From assembly GCA_965219995.1 (NCBI GenBank), contig CBDCOX010000002.1, positions 1,248,001 to 1,312,000 on the forward strand: DNA of 64,000 bases, in the 5' to 3' direction. This DNA comes from Candidatus Latescibacterota bacterium. GTDB taxonomy: Bacteria; Latescibacterota; UBA2968; GCA-2709665. Below the pieces are notes generated by a model. The model worked only from the letters and a program-made list of their open reading frames with translations, was not told the origin of the DNA and made no database searches. Numbering within the stretch: position 1 is the stretch's first letter; each line of letters begins with the position of its first letter. Positions 1-11,189 of the stretch are shown in pieces. Position numbers and translations under genes: made by a program.

Positions 1-15
1 CTCCGCTCCAATCGA

Positions 16-1263
16 TTAGAGATTGCCTTCCCCGTCGAAGTTCATGGTCTCCGGTTCACCCGAGATTTCCACCTCATGAAACGCCGATAACTCCGGGAGC
101 ATCGACTCGGACGCCCGGAGATGTTCCAGTTCCAGCGTTGAGCGTATCCGCATCACCCTCGCGTTGGGGTTTCCGCCGTTGCCGGACGCACCAATCGCGA
201 TCTCGATCGCTTCCCTGTCGTTTTCGCCCACGATGGGTATGTACGCGCGATTCAGGAACGTGCTGGTCATCGCGTTGGCATACGTCGCCTGGAAGTCGAT
301 GTTGTCGACGAGCCGCCGGGTGGTCACGTCGGCAAGACCGATCCCGTTTGCGTTGCCGTGCGTCTCAGGTGTCAGGTCCAATACGACGATGCGTCCGATA
401 CGCGGTGAATCCGGCTCCTCGATCCCCTCCAGCCAAATCCGTCCGATGATATTGGGGTCCATTCCCGTACCGCTGATGTTCTTGCCAATCCGGTCCACGA
501 TCAGGACGTCGATCCGTTCAACCGGCAGCCGCGGCATCAGTTGCCGGGCCTCGTCCAGCAATTCCGGCTCGACCGCCTCCAGTTCTTCCGGCGCCACGGC
601 AACCACTCTTGCGGTTTGCTCATAAGCGTTCTCAAGGATCGCCACGCCCAGGGCAATGGGCGCCTCCCGAAGGATCATTCGCCCCCACGCCGGTATCATC
701 CGCGGCAGTCCGGCCGCGCCCATCGAATGCGCCAGCGCGGCGCCCCGGTGCGACCCCAGCCCGATCGTCATCATCTTCATCAACCCGCTCTCGAACGGCC
801 CCCGAAACGACGTGTGCGGCTTGACCCGATTCACCAGCACCACCGCGTCGGCCTCTTTCGCCAGCCGGTTCAGGACAACCGGAACACCGTCATCCGTTTC
901 TCCGACCTGTACCACGTCCATCGTGGCTTCGACGGGCGCTCCCATCGTGGATTCGTCGATGCCGTACGAGGCGAGGATTTCCTTCTGCCCGTCGGCCGTG
1001 GCCCCGCCGTGACTGCCCATCGACGCGAGAACGAACGGCATGCCCCCCAGTTCCCGGACGCATTCCACGATGGCCCGGGTAATCGGCGCGATCCCGTGAA
1101 TGCCCCGGCTGCCGGCGGTAATCGCGACCCGGTCGCCCGCGGAAATGCGTTCGCCCAGCGATGAGTTCATGACGCAACTTCGGGTCTGAGCGACGGGGTC
1201 CGGCAGGCTTACGGCGGCGAATTTCTGCCGCAATGGAAACATCCTGGGAAAATCCATCTCCAT
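16..1263 (-). CDS. LarA-like (DUF2088/DUF362) lactate racemase-domain protein
   Basis: Motifs AITAGSRGI, MGSHGGATA, NRVKPHT, GKNISGTGMDPN are typical of this family; start MEMDFP assumed. Confidence 0.75.
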   Translation of the reverse strand: MEMDFPRMFPLRQKFAAVSLPDPVAQTRSCVMNSSLGERISAGDRVAITAGSRGIHGIAPITRAIVECVRELGGMPFVLASMGSHGGATADGQKEILASYGIDESTMGAPVEATMDVVQVGETDDGVPVVLNRLAKEADAVVLVNRVKPHTSFRGPFESGLMKMMTIGLGSHRGAALAHSMGAAGLPRMIPAWGRMILREAPIALGVAILENAYEQTARVVAVAPEELEAVEPELLDEARQLMPRLPVERIDVLIVDRIGKNISGTGMDPNIIGRIWLEGIEEPDSPRIGRIVVLDLTPETHGNANGIGLADVTTRRLVDNIDFQATYANAMTSTFLNRAYIPIVGENDREAIEIAIGASGNGGNPNARVMRIRSTLELEHLRASESMLPELSAFHEVEISGEPETMNFDGEGNL

Positions 1264-1277
1264 CCTTCTCAATCAGG

Positions 1278-2138
1278 TCAGGCTTTCGAATGGTAGATCC
1301 GGAACACCTTTGCCGCGTTTTTCGCCGTGATGCGTTCGAGTGCATCTTTCGAGAGTTCTGCTTTTCGGAGATAACCCAGCATCGGCGGCGTGCCCACGAT
1401 TGAACACGCCGGCGACGGCCGCGTATGGATGGTGTCCGTGGCGAACATCAACCGATGCTTCCATCGCTTCAGGAACTTCAGCCCGAATGCGGGGTCTCGT
1501 GTGATGGCGTTGTAGCCCGATTGCGCCGAGAGGTCTGCATACAGATTCGAGTAATTCCGAAACAATACATCCAGGCGCCCGCCGGGCGTCACCGGCCCCT
1601 CCGGATAGCGCTCGCCTTCACCGATCTCCGCGGAGATCTCCCGCCAGAAATATTGCGCGTGGCCCACCCACTTCACGTTCCGGTAGGTCTTCAACATCCG
1701 TTCGAATCCGGGCAATCCGCGTTCGTCCCGGTTAATCCAGTGGTCGATGTGCATCACGATTGCCAGGCCCAGCCGGTCGCACGCCTCGTACACGCGCTGC
1801 TGCATCGGGTCGTCCACCGGCAGGCCGCACAGATTCTCCCCGTATCCCACGCAACCCTGGTCCATATAGTGTTCGAGGATCGGGTACGGATTGAAGCTCC
1901 CGGGGTACCGGTGTCTCGGATCCACGGCGCACAACGGAAGCAGCCGGTCCCGGTGCGGTCGGGTCAGCTTCAGCAACTCCTTCGTTGTCAGGTAGAAGTC
2001 AAGCTCTTCCGGCACTTCCACCGCCATCACAATCCCCTTTTCGATCCCGTGGCGGTCCATCCAGCGCAGGAGTTTCCCCGGGGTCAGGCCGGGGTCTTCC
2101 ATAACGAGTTGTCCAAGATGCAAGTGCGTATCGATCAT
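1278..2138 (-). CDS. Amidohydrolase family protein (Amidohydro_2), tandem paralog A
   Basis: MIDTHLH metal motif, ADLSA, LMFATD; real start is MIDTH at 2138 within the longer ORF. Confidence 0.85.
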   Translation of the reverse strand: MIDTHLHLGQLVMEDPGLTPGKLLRWMDRHGIEKGIVMAVEVPEELDFYLTTKELLKLTRPHRDRLLPLCAVDPRHRYPGSFNPYPILEHYMDQGCVGYGENLCGLPVDDPMQQRVYEACDRLGLAIVMHIDHWINRDERGLPGFERMLKTYRNVKWVGHAQYFWREISAEIGEGERYPEGPVTPGGRLDVLFRNYSNLYADLSAQSGYNAITRDPAFGLKFLKRWKHRLMFATDTIHTRPSPACSIVGTPPMLGYLRKAELSKDALERITAKNAAKVFRIYHSKA

Positions 2139-2172
2139 TGTCCGTTCTCTCGTGTGCGCTGAAAAGGTCCCT

Positions 2173-2994
2173 TTAAAACCTGAATACCTTTTCGGCATTC
2201 TTCCGCGTGATGCGTTCAAACGCGTCTTTCGACAGCGGCGCATCCTTGATGTACTCGACAATGGGCGTTTCCTGTCCCACCCTGAGATAGTCGGTGGCGA
2301 ACATCAGCCGATGTTTCCATCGCTTCAGGAACTGCAGGCCGAACTCCGGGTCCCGCGTGATCGCCCCGTAACCGGAGCCAGCGGAAAGGTCCGCGTACAG
2401 ATTCCGGTACTTTCGAAACAGCGCGTCTACCCTGCCGCCCGGGGCCACTTTCCCACGGGGATAACCCACTCCCCCTTCCACGTTTCCCGATATCTCGCGC
2501 CAGAAATGGGGTGAATGCCCGATAAATTTCACGTTTCGGTACGTCTTCAGCATGTTCTCGAACCCGGTGAGGCCCGGTTTGTCCCGGTTGATCCAGGAAT
2601 CGAAATGCATGACGATGGCAATATTCAGCCGGTCGCACGCTTCGTAGACCCTTTGCTGCATCGGATCGTCCACCGGCAATCCGCACAGATTCTCCCCGTA
2701 TCCGACACATCCCTGGTCCATGTAACCGGCAATGATGGGATAGGGCTCGAACCGCCCCGGATACCGGTGCCGGGGGTCCACGGCGCAAAGCGGCTTCAGC
2801 CGGTCGCGATGCCGGCGCGTCATTCTGAGCAGCTCCTTCGTTGTCACGAAGAAGTCCAGTTCCTCCGGCACCTCCACCGCCATCACCACCGCTTTTTCAA
2901 TGCCCTGCCGGTCCATCCATCGAAGCAGTTTGGAGGGCGTCAATCCCGGGTTGTCGAACAGGAGTTGCCCCAGGTGAACGTGTGTGTCGATCAT
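2173..2994 (-). CDS. Amidohydrolase family protein (Amidohydro_2), tandem paralog B
   Basis: MIDTHVH, ADLSAGSG, LMFATDY; highly similar to the adjacent gene. Confidence 0.88.
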   Translation of the reverse strand: MIDTHVHLGQLLFDNPGLTPSKLLRWMDRQGIEKAVVMAVEVPEELDFFVTTKELLRMTRRHRDRLKPLCAVDPRHRYPGRFEPYPIIAGYMDQGCVGYGENLCGLPVDDPMQQRVYEACDRLNIAIVMHFDSWINRDKPGLTGFENMLKTYRNVKFIGHSPHFWREISGNVEGGVGYPRGKVAPGGRVDALFRKYRNLYADLSAGSGYGAITRDPEFGLQFLKRWKHRLMFATDYLRVGQETPIVEYIKDAPLSKDAFERITRKNAEKVFRF

Positions 2995-3071
2995 TTCCGT
3001 TGCCCCATCTGAAAGCGTTTGACCCTCAACAGCCCGTGGCTCGGTCGCGCGTTTCCGGACCTGCCACCGGC

Positions 3072-4220
3072 TTACCCGTCTTTCGGACTTTTCCGAAGTG
3101 TGTCCATGATGAGCAGCGCGATCGACTGTACGGTCTCGTCGAGATCCGAATTCTCGAATGCCGGCACGCCGGATCCGTCGCCAATGTCCAGAATATGCTG
3201 TTGAATTCTCATGATCTGGTCCAGGTACTTGACGTACCGATGCCGCGTGCGACGGAACGCGCCCTTTCCCCGACTCTCAAACCGGTCTGTAAATTGTTGC
3301 AAATCAGTTAGATATAGATTTACATGAATGAATAACGCCTTCTTGGCGTATTCTTCCAGTTCGAGCAGGCCGGGCATCAGGTGAACGCCGTCCACGATCA
3401 GGCTGGCATTTTCGTCGATCGCCCGTTCGATGGTCGCCCGCACCCCCACGCAGACGCGCGCCGCCTGCTCGCGAAAGCCGTAGATGACGGGATCGGGCGC
3501 CTCGACGGTGGGTACGGGGATCGCCTCCCACGCCGCGTATGACGATACCTGCAGCGCGGGCATGAGATCGGACGCGATCATCAATCGCATCACCTGACGG
3601 ATCTCGTCGGTCGACGCCACTCGCGACACCCGCAGCAGATTGGCCAGCGCCACGCCGACGGTTGTCTTGCCGACGCCCGTCGCGCCGCCGATCAGGACGA
3701 TCAGAGGAGTTGTCGGCCCGCCCTTGCGAAACTGGTTCCAGATGCCGTACCGCTCCGCAAACGCGTCGCCGGAATCGCTGCGGAGCACCTTCATCGTCGC
3801 TTTCAGAATGTCGTCGCGGGTAACCACCGTCCGGTCGTTCTGGATGAAATCGCCCTCGATCCGCTCGGCGATCCGATATGCCTGACTCTCATCCACGCCG
3901 GTGATGGCCAGAGAGTCGGAGAGATGGTCTTTCGAAAACGGCCGGGAGCCCAGGTCGTCCTCGACCAGGATCTGCCGGGACCGCGGCGCCCAGAAAACGC
4001 CGTCTCCAACGGTACGGTCGGCGAAAAGCTCGCGCGCGTGGGTATGGACCAGGTCGATCATCTTGCCGGCGGGCACCTTTTTCTGTTTTTGAATGGAACT
4101 CCTGACCCGGTCCGCGACCTGGTACGCCTCTCTGAACGAGAACCCCTGCTCCAGCAGATAGTGCGTGAGCATTCCTCTCAGGAACGGAATGCGCCGCCCG
4201 CTATCTACGATGATGGCCAC
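3072..4220 (-). CDS. 2-phosphoglycerate kinase-like protein (two ATP-cone-like regions plus P-loop kinase)
   Basis: PFLRGML and PFSKDHL cone-like repeats; IGGATGVGKT Walker A; STDEIRQVMR; SSYAAW; IVDGVHLMPG. Confidence 0.75.
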   Translation of the reverse strand: MAIIVDSGRRIPFLRGMLTHYLLEQGFSFREAYQVADRVRSSIQKQKKVPAGKMIDLVHTHARELFADRTVGDGVFWAPRSRQILVEDDLGSRPFSKDHLSDSLAITGVDESQAYRIAERIEGDFIQNDRTVVTRDDILKATMKVLRSDSGDAFAERYGIWNQFRKGGPTTPLIVLIGGATGVGKTTVGVALANLLRVSRVASTDEIRQVMRLMIASDLMPALQVSSYAAWEAIPVPTVEAPDPVIYGFREQAARVCVGVRATIERAIDENASLIVDGVHLMPGLLELEEYAKKALFIHVNLYLTDLQQFTDRFESRGKGAFRRTRHRYVKYLDQIMRIQQHILDIGDGSGVPAFENSDLDETVQSIALLIMDTLRKSPKDG

Positions 4221-4405
4221 GATTGCCCCCTGAGATGACGCGGTGAGAACCCGCGTTCTGACTGAAATAAGACAGCGCAGCCGCGAAGAACGGCCCCGCC
4301 GGAATTAGGCTGGGCGGCCAAGAGATGTCAACCGAAAACGCACGCGACCGGCGTTGGCCTTCGCCCTCTCGAACGTTCGTGCGGCAGGTCCATCTACAGG
4401 AACGA

Positions 4406-5545
4406 TCACCCCTTGTACGGGATGAGATCCAGTGGATACTCAGACAGGGTTTCCACGCCCGCAGGCGTGATTGCGAACGTGTTTTCCAGGCGGATTCCAG
4501 CGCGAAGTTCGTCGCTGTACGCCCCGGGTTCACAGGAAAAGACGTCTCCAACTTCAAAGATCCCGTCCCGGTCCCGATTGATGTCCGGCGCCTCGTGGGG
4601 CCGCAGCCCCACGCCGTGGCCGCCGTGGTGGATCAATCCCGAGTCCGCCAGGTGCGGGTGCTCGCGAATGCGCGCGTCGATGGTCTTCCACAGAGCGGTC
4701 GCGCTCTGCCCAGGCCTCACCAGCCCCGGAATGTCGATCAGAATGCCGGCGAGGTGTTCATAGACCGACATCTGCAGGTCCGTTGGCTCCCCGCCCACGG
4801 CAAAAGTGCGCGCGAGGTCCGACCAGTACCCGCGATAGGTGGACTGAGCGTCTATGATGTAGAGTTCGCCCGCCTCTATCTTTCGGTCTCTCGCTGTTCC
4901 GCCGATGACGCCGGCCTGATAGTCGCCCCCGTGGTACACCACCTCCCCCGCGGCGCCCATGGCCGCCTTCTGCGCCTCCGCCAGCACGTCCAGTTCGTTC
5001 ATCCCGGGTTCCATCACTTCCTGTGCTCGCGTGTAGGCGGCCAGATCGACCCGGATGCTCTTTCGCAACAGCGCCAGTTCGTCGGCATCCTTCCGTTTGT
5101 GCATTTCCGCGAGCAGGTCGTCGACGGGCGACCAGGTATCCGGCGAAAGCCGGGCGTCCACCGTTTCCGCCAGCAGCCGTTCGAGGCCCTCCTCCTGCCA
5201 CCCCACGCGGGAGACCGGCTTCGCGCGGCTCAGCCCGGCCGAGACCGCGCGGTTCAGCAGCCGGAGGGGGTCGGGATTCATCGTACTCATCACGTGCCAT
5301 TCGTAGGTGATTCGATCGTCCACCAGCGCGTCACCCTCTTCGGTATGCGCCGCCAGCCATGAATCCCCATTTGTCTGGAAGAACATGAACGCCGGGAAGG
5401 GAAACGCCGGGAACGCCGATAACAGCAGCCCCGTCAGATAATAGATTTCGACGGGATCGGTGAGCACCACCGCGTCGATTCCCTCCGCATCCAGCTTCGC
5501 GCGCAGCCTGCGCTGCCGGTCCCTGCAGCCTTCGGGTGTCAACAT
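4406..5545 (-). CDS. Xaa-Pro peptidase family (M24) protein
   Basis: YWSDLARTF, HHGGHGVGLRPHEAP, SCEPGAY, GIRLEN motifs. Confidence 0.88.
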   Translation of the reverse strand: MLTPEGCRDRQRRLRAKLDAEGIDAVVLTDPVEIYYLTGLLLSAFPAFPFPAFMFFQTNGDSWLAAHTEEGDALVDDRITYEWHVMSTMNPDPLRLLNRAVSAGLSRAKPVSRVGWQEEGLERLLAETVDARLSPDTWSPVDDLLAEMHKRKDADELALLRKSIRVDLAAYTRAQEVMEPGMNELDVLAEAQKAAMGAAGEVVYHGGDYQAGVIGGTARDRKIEAGELYIIDAQSTYRGYWSDLARTFAVGGEPTDLQMSVYEHLAGILIDIPGLVRPGQSATALWKTIDARIREHPHLADSGLIHHGGHGVGLRPHEAPDINRDRDGIFEVGDVFSCEPGAYSDELRAGIRLENTFAITPAGVETLSEYPLDLIPYKG

Positions 5546-5691
5546 GGGCGGGACTCCTCTCGTTAGCCGGACGGTTTCACTGTTCAGAGTTCAGATTCCG
5601 TCGTATGATAACAGCGACATAGGCGGCCAGTCAAGCGAATTGGCGGCCAGAGGACCACCAGACCCGGGTACGATAAACCGAAAGGAACGCT

Positions 5692-6726
5692 ATGGCATCT
5701 TTTCGTGCCGGTGTGGTCGGCGCGGGGAGCATTTCCCGAAGACACATCAGCGCATGGCAGGCCCATTCCCACGTCGACCTGACCTGCATCGCGGATATCA
5801 GCGGGCAGGCCGCGAACGGCCGCGCGGATGAATTCGGCATCCGAAGCCGGTATACCAGCTATGTGGATATGTTCCGTGAGGAACGTCCCGAAATCGTCAG
5901 TATCTGCACGTGGATGAATACCCACGCCGAGATCGCCGTTGCCGCGGCGGAGGCCGGCATTGCCGGCATCCTGTGTGAAAAACCGCTGGCCGGCAGCCTG
6001 GAGGAGGTGGACCTCATCCTGGACGCCGCGGAAAAACACGGAACCCGCGTCGCCGTGGGGCACCACCACCGCTTCCGCGGCGCGTGCGAGAAGGGCCGGA
6101 ATCTGGTGTCGGACGGCGCGATCGGGCAGCCCGTACTCTTTCACGGCAGCACGTCAGGCGGCCTGCTGAACAACGGCACCCACTTTGTGGACATCGCGCG
6201 TTTCCTGATGGACGATCCTGCGCCCGCGTGGGTGATCGGGCAGGCGGTACGCCGCACCGACCGGCACGAGCGTCACGACCCTATCGAAGACCTCTGCGCG
6301 GGGATCGTCGCGCTCGAAAACGGGGCCCGGATCGTCATTGAAAGCGATATGCCGGAACCCGTGCCGCCGGACGGCGCGATGAGGCTTCAGGGAACGGAAG
6401 GCACGCTCGTCGTCACGTCCAGGGGCGCACGGCTGCTCGATGAAAACGGATGGCAGGAGGTCGACGCCGCCCAGGACACCGACGTCGGGGTCGCGCAGGC
6501 CGCCGAACTCGTGGACTGGATGGAAGGCCGCGTGGACGAGCACCGCAACGCCATCCGGAAGAACCGCGCGGTGATTGAAATCCTCATGGGCCTCTACGAA
6601 TCCGCGCGTATCCGCGACACGGTCACGTTTCCCCTCGCATCCGGACCCTCGCCCCTTCACCGGATGATCGAAAGCGGCGACCTGCCCGTTACGGTGCCAG
6701 GAAAATACGACATTCGGATCAGATGA
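5692..6726 (+). CDS. Gfo/Idh/MocA family oxidoreductase
   Basis: GVVGAGSIS Rossmann motif, ILCEKPLA, NNGTHFVD. Confidence 0.9.
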   Translation: MASFRAGVVGAGSISRRHISAWQAHSHVDLTCIADISGQAANGRADEFGIRSRYTSYVDMFREERPEIVSICTWMNTHAEIAVAAAEAGIAGILCEKPLAGSLEEVDLILDAAEKHGTRVAVGHHHRFRGACEKGRNLVSDGAIGQPVLFHGSTSGGLLNNGTHFVDIARFLMDDPAPAWVIGQAVRRTDRHERHDPIEDLCAGIVALENGARIVIESDMPEPVPPDGAMRLQGTEGTLVVTSRGARLLDENGWQEVDAAQDTDVGVAQAAELVDWMEGRVDEHRNAIRKNRAVIEILMGLYESARIRDTVTFPLASGPSPLHRMIESGDLPVTVPGKYDIRIR

Positions 6727-6783
6727 ATCTAGAGACTTTGGTTGATATGATTTCAGGGATGGCTTGAGCGGAGGATCAGCAGT

Positions 6784-9700
6784 ATGACGAGACGGAGCGA
6801 TCATCGTCTGAGTACAATATCTGCGCTGGCAGCGTGCCTTTTGGCATTGCTCTCCCCGCCCTGTGTGATTTCTGCTTCCTCGCCACCGGCAGACAGCGTG
6901 CATTTCTGTGCGGTGTTCGATTACGAGCAGTGGCTGCGGGACAATCCCCTGCCGGCAGGCAAGTTGGCGGCGGAACGAAACGTCGGCCCGCCGCGCACGG
7001 TCCGATTGTTCTACTTCCTGCCGAATGACCGACCGTTTCGTCAGGAGGTCGTGGATTCGATGAAAACGGTGATTCGCCTGTTACAGTCGTTCTACGCCGA
7101 GCAGATGCAGGCGCACGGCTACGGGGACCTGACCTTCCGCTACGAAACCGATGCCGGGGGCTTCCCGTTGGTTCACCGCGTGGACGGCGATTTCCCGGAT
7201 GGTCATTATTATGACAATACCGTGGGCCCTGTGATTCGGGAGGTGCAAGACCTGCATGACGAACGGGACAACGTCCAATTCATCGTCGTTGACAACGATG
7301 CCCGCGGCTCGATCGGACTTGGCGGCAACCGAATCGGCGGTGCCGGGGGTGTTGCGGGTCCGCCGAAGCGGAGCGGCTACGTGATGGTTCCCGCCGATTT
7401 CAGCTACGACACGGCTGCGCACGAACTGACCCACGGCTTCGGTTTGAACTGGCACGACTTCCGGGACCGAAGCTATGTCCTGTCGTACGGCAGCGGACGT
7501 CGACGGCTGTCTGATTGCAGTGCTGGTTTCCTGGCAGTAAATCCGTTCTTCAATCCGAATATTCCCCTCGATTGGTCGACGGGGCCCGAAATCGAACGTG
7601 TATCGCCATCCAGATATCCTGCCGCATCGAAAAGTGTCCCCGTCCGGATAAAGGCCGCGGATCCTGAGGGGCTTCAACACGTGATCCTGCAGGTGCTCAC
7701 GACCGAAATTTCCATTACTCGCGGAAGCGCCGAGGTCAAGGCCTGTCTCAAGTTGGACGGAGAAACGGAAACAGTCGTCGAGTTCGAATACGACGGCGTT
7801 GTCCCATCTTCCACCTATTCGACCCTACCCGATCGTCCTTCACACTATCTTCGGTTCGCAGCGATTGACAAGGACGGCGATGACAGCGTAACCCGATTCG
7901 GTATTGCCCAGAATTCGCCATACCTGACTGCCTCCCTTGTGGGGCGTTCGTCATATGTAAGTTCTGTGGACATTTCGCCCGACGGTGCCACTCTGGCTGC
8001 CGGATCGGGCGACAGCACGGTTGTCTTGTGGGACATGGACACACACGAACGGATCGACGTCCTGGGAGGACATTCCAAGACCGTCAGTTCCGTAGCGTTT
8101 TCTCCCGACGGATCGCTCCTGGCTGCCGGGACACAGGACGGCACGATAATGATTTGGGACATAGTTACCAGAGAAGCGGTCCCTCCTGTAGAGAAACATT
8201 CGGGATACATCGCCGATGTGGCGTTTTCACCGGACGGAAAAACGTTGGCTGCGGCTGGATGGTGGGATGATACAGTCAAACTGTGGGATGTGGCGACCCG
8301 GGAAGTGGTTGCAACCTTGCAGATGCCTACGCATCCCGTTCTTTCGGTGTCATTCTCATCGGACGGCAACACACTGGCCTCCTCATCGGGGGGCGCGGTC
8401 CTTTTGTGGGACATGGCAACACGCGACGAGGTTGCTACACTGGAACATTCGAGCGAGGTGCGTACAGTGGCGTTTTCACCGGACGGCGCCATGCTGGCTG
8501 TCTCCGTACCGGGAGCGCACTCAATTGTGTTGTGGGACGTCGCGACACGTCGGAAAATCACATCCCTACAGGGGGGCTGGGCCTGGGTCAACTCGATGGC
8601 ATTTTCGCCGGATGGCTCGACATTGGCGTTGGGAACCACCAGCGGCACCGCCGAATTATTCAATGTTCTAGCCGAAAAATTGGAGCAGGCGTTTCCGCAT
8701 ACAGCCGGTGGGGTCGCTTCGGTGCGATTTACACCCGACGGCGCCACCCTTGCTTCAGCATCGTCGGATGGAATTATAGAGTTGTGGAACACCTCCGAGT
8801 GGCTTCGGCCGCGTCCGTTTCGCCTCGCTATGATCTCCGGCGATGGCCAACAAGCCGCGCCAGGTGCCCCGCTCGAAAGTCCCTTTGTCGTGGAAGTGCG
8901 AGACCAGAACGGCAATCCGCTCCCGGACGTACCTGTAACGTTCACAGTCACAGCCGGCAACGGTACGCTTGGCAAGCAGTTTACAGTTGAGCGCGCAATA
9001 ACCGACACCGGCGGGCGGGCCAAGGTCTTTCTCACCCTTGGACCCGTTCGCGGAACAAACACTGTAAAGGTTACGCTAGGAGGGCGCGAACTGGCTGTTT
9101 TTCATTCCGAAGGTGTCGGAAGCACCGTCGACCTCGGCGAGAGAGATTTCCGGAGTTGGCATCTGCCGGATGGCGCGTTTGCGCGTCTGGGTAAGGGACG
9201 CATCAGCGGAGGCGACCACGCCGTGGATATTTCGAGTAATGGTCGATTTCTGGCCGTCACCACCGATTTGGGCGTATGGGTCCACGAGTTGGCGAGTAGT
9301 CTTGCCATGGCGTTGTTGCCTACCGAGCGTGCAGCCCGTTCAGTGTCGTTCACACCCGATGGAAAGACACTCGCTTTGGGGTACGGGGACAAGATAGCGC
9401 TATGGGATGTCGAAACGCGCAGACGGATCGGCACAATGGATGGGAAGAGGTTGTTTCTCCCCATCGCGGTGTTTTCACCGGACGGAACCACGCTGGCCGC
9501 CGGGTCAAATGACGGCACGGTGCACGTGTGGGACATGGCGACGCAACGATCGATTGCTGTGCTGGAAGGACATACGGATAACGTCAAATCGGTGGCGTTT
9601 TCGCCCGATGGCACGATGCTGGCATCCGGCTCAGCAGATCAAACCATCAGATTATGGGACGTAAACGATCGCAAAGAGATCGCCACACTTCAGGGACACA

Positions 9701-11129
9701 ACGATGTGGTAAAGTCGATCGCGTTTTCCCCCGATAGCCGCGTTCTGGCATCCGGGTCCTGGGATCGGACCGCCAGACTGTGGGATCTCGCGAACAAGGA
9801 AACGATCGCCACGTTGAATGTCGGGCGCCTGGTTACAGTAGTGTTTTCGCCTGACGGACGCACGTTGACGACCGGTACCTGGCGCACGATGGTACACTGG
9901 GATGTCGCAACCCGTGAACGCGTCGCCTCCCTGGATGCACACAGGTCCTGGATCAGCTCGTTGGCGTATTCGCCGGACGGGACGATCCTGGTTTCCGGTT
10001 CCAGCGATGGTACGGTCATGTTACGTTATGTCGGAACGGGAAGCGCCGCCCGTTTCCCAGGGTTCATGGGCTTTCGCACAATGGGGATGTCACCCGATGG
10101 GCTGAAAGTCGCTGTTGGGACAGAGGATGGCACGATCTTGCAGTGGGATCTCGAAACCCGGTCCGCACACTCCACGCTGGAGTCTATACAGTCTATCGGT
10201 CCCGTACGTTCACTGGCATATTCGCCGGACGGCACCATTCTGGCTTCCAGCGCCAGTTCCAGCGGGGATGAGACTGTCATCTTGTGGGACACTGCGACAC
10301 AAGACGAGATCGCCACACTCCATCCGAAGCGGGGTGCTGTCTCTGCGATATCGTTTTCGCCCGATGGGTACATTCTAGCTTCGGGAATGGGCGACGGCTC
10401 GGTCAAGATGTTGGACTTGGGCACCCGGGAGGTGATCGCCTCGCTGGACGGGCACGCGAGAGAAATCACGTCGGTGGCAATTTCGCCAGACGGTAACACG
10501 TTGGCCTCAGCATCGTTTGACATGACGGTCAGGCTATGGGACGTGGCGGCCCGGAGTGAGATTGCCACACTAACGGGGCATGCGAACGCAGTTACCTCGA
10601 TCGCATTTTCGCCGGACGGAAGCATATTGGCTTCAGGAGCGTACGACAATAAGGTCAAGATCTGGGACGTGGAATCCCGGAAAGAGATCGCCACGCTTAG
10701 GCAATCCGGAGAGGTCCATTCAGTTGCCTTTTCTCCTGAAGGAACCACGCTGGCTGCGGGGCTAAATCGGAACATTACGCTGTGGGACCTGGCGACCCGT
10801 GTAGAGACCGCCACGCTTGAAGGACATTCGAGCAGCGTGAGTTCCCTGGTATTCTCGCCTGACGGATCTACGCTGATTCGGGCTCTTGGGACGGCACGAT
10901 GTTGTTGTGGAATATGATTCCCTATATCACGCAACCTGCGCCCGATCCGGATTTCGACGGCAACGGCGAGGTGGGGTTTTCCGACTTTGTGAAATTTGCA
11001 CGGAAGTTCGGACTGGATCGGCGAGATGCGGAATATGAGGCGCAGTACGATCTGGACAGAGACGGAGCCATTGGGTTTTCTGACTTTGTGATTTTCGCGG
11101 GCGCCTTTGGGACCGCGAAAGGAAGATAG
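6784..11129 (+). CDS. Secreted multidomain protein (zinc-metallopeptidase-like domain, WD40 propeller, Ig-like domain, second WD40 block, C-terminal EF-hand/dockerin-like tag); frameshifted near 10877
   Basis: Signal peptide; HELTHGFGLNWH; many SVAFSPDG..LASGS.D.TV.LWD repeats; ISGDGQQ..PFVVEVRDQNG Ig-like motif. ORF 6784-10917 ends mid-WD40 repeat and the repeat continues in ORF 10899-11129, followed by the DFDGNGEVGFSDF tag. Confidence 0.8.
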
Positions 11130-11189
11130 ACCCGCGGAGAGGCTATGAATGATGTTATTCTGGGGATGATTTGTGCGGAGGCTTGAACG

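Noticed and set aside
7920-10900. Dense ~126-bp periodic repeats as a possible CRISPR array or DGR target
   Set aside because: They are degenerate in-frame WD40 coding repeats, with no identical repeats plus unique spacers and no reverse transcriptase.
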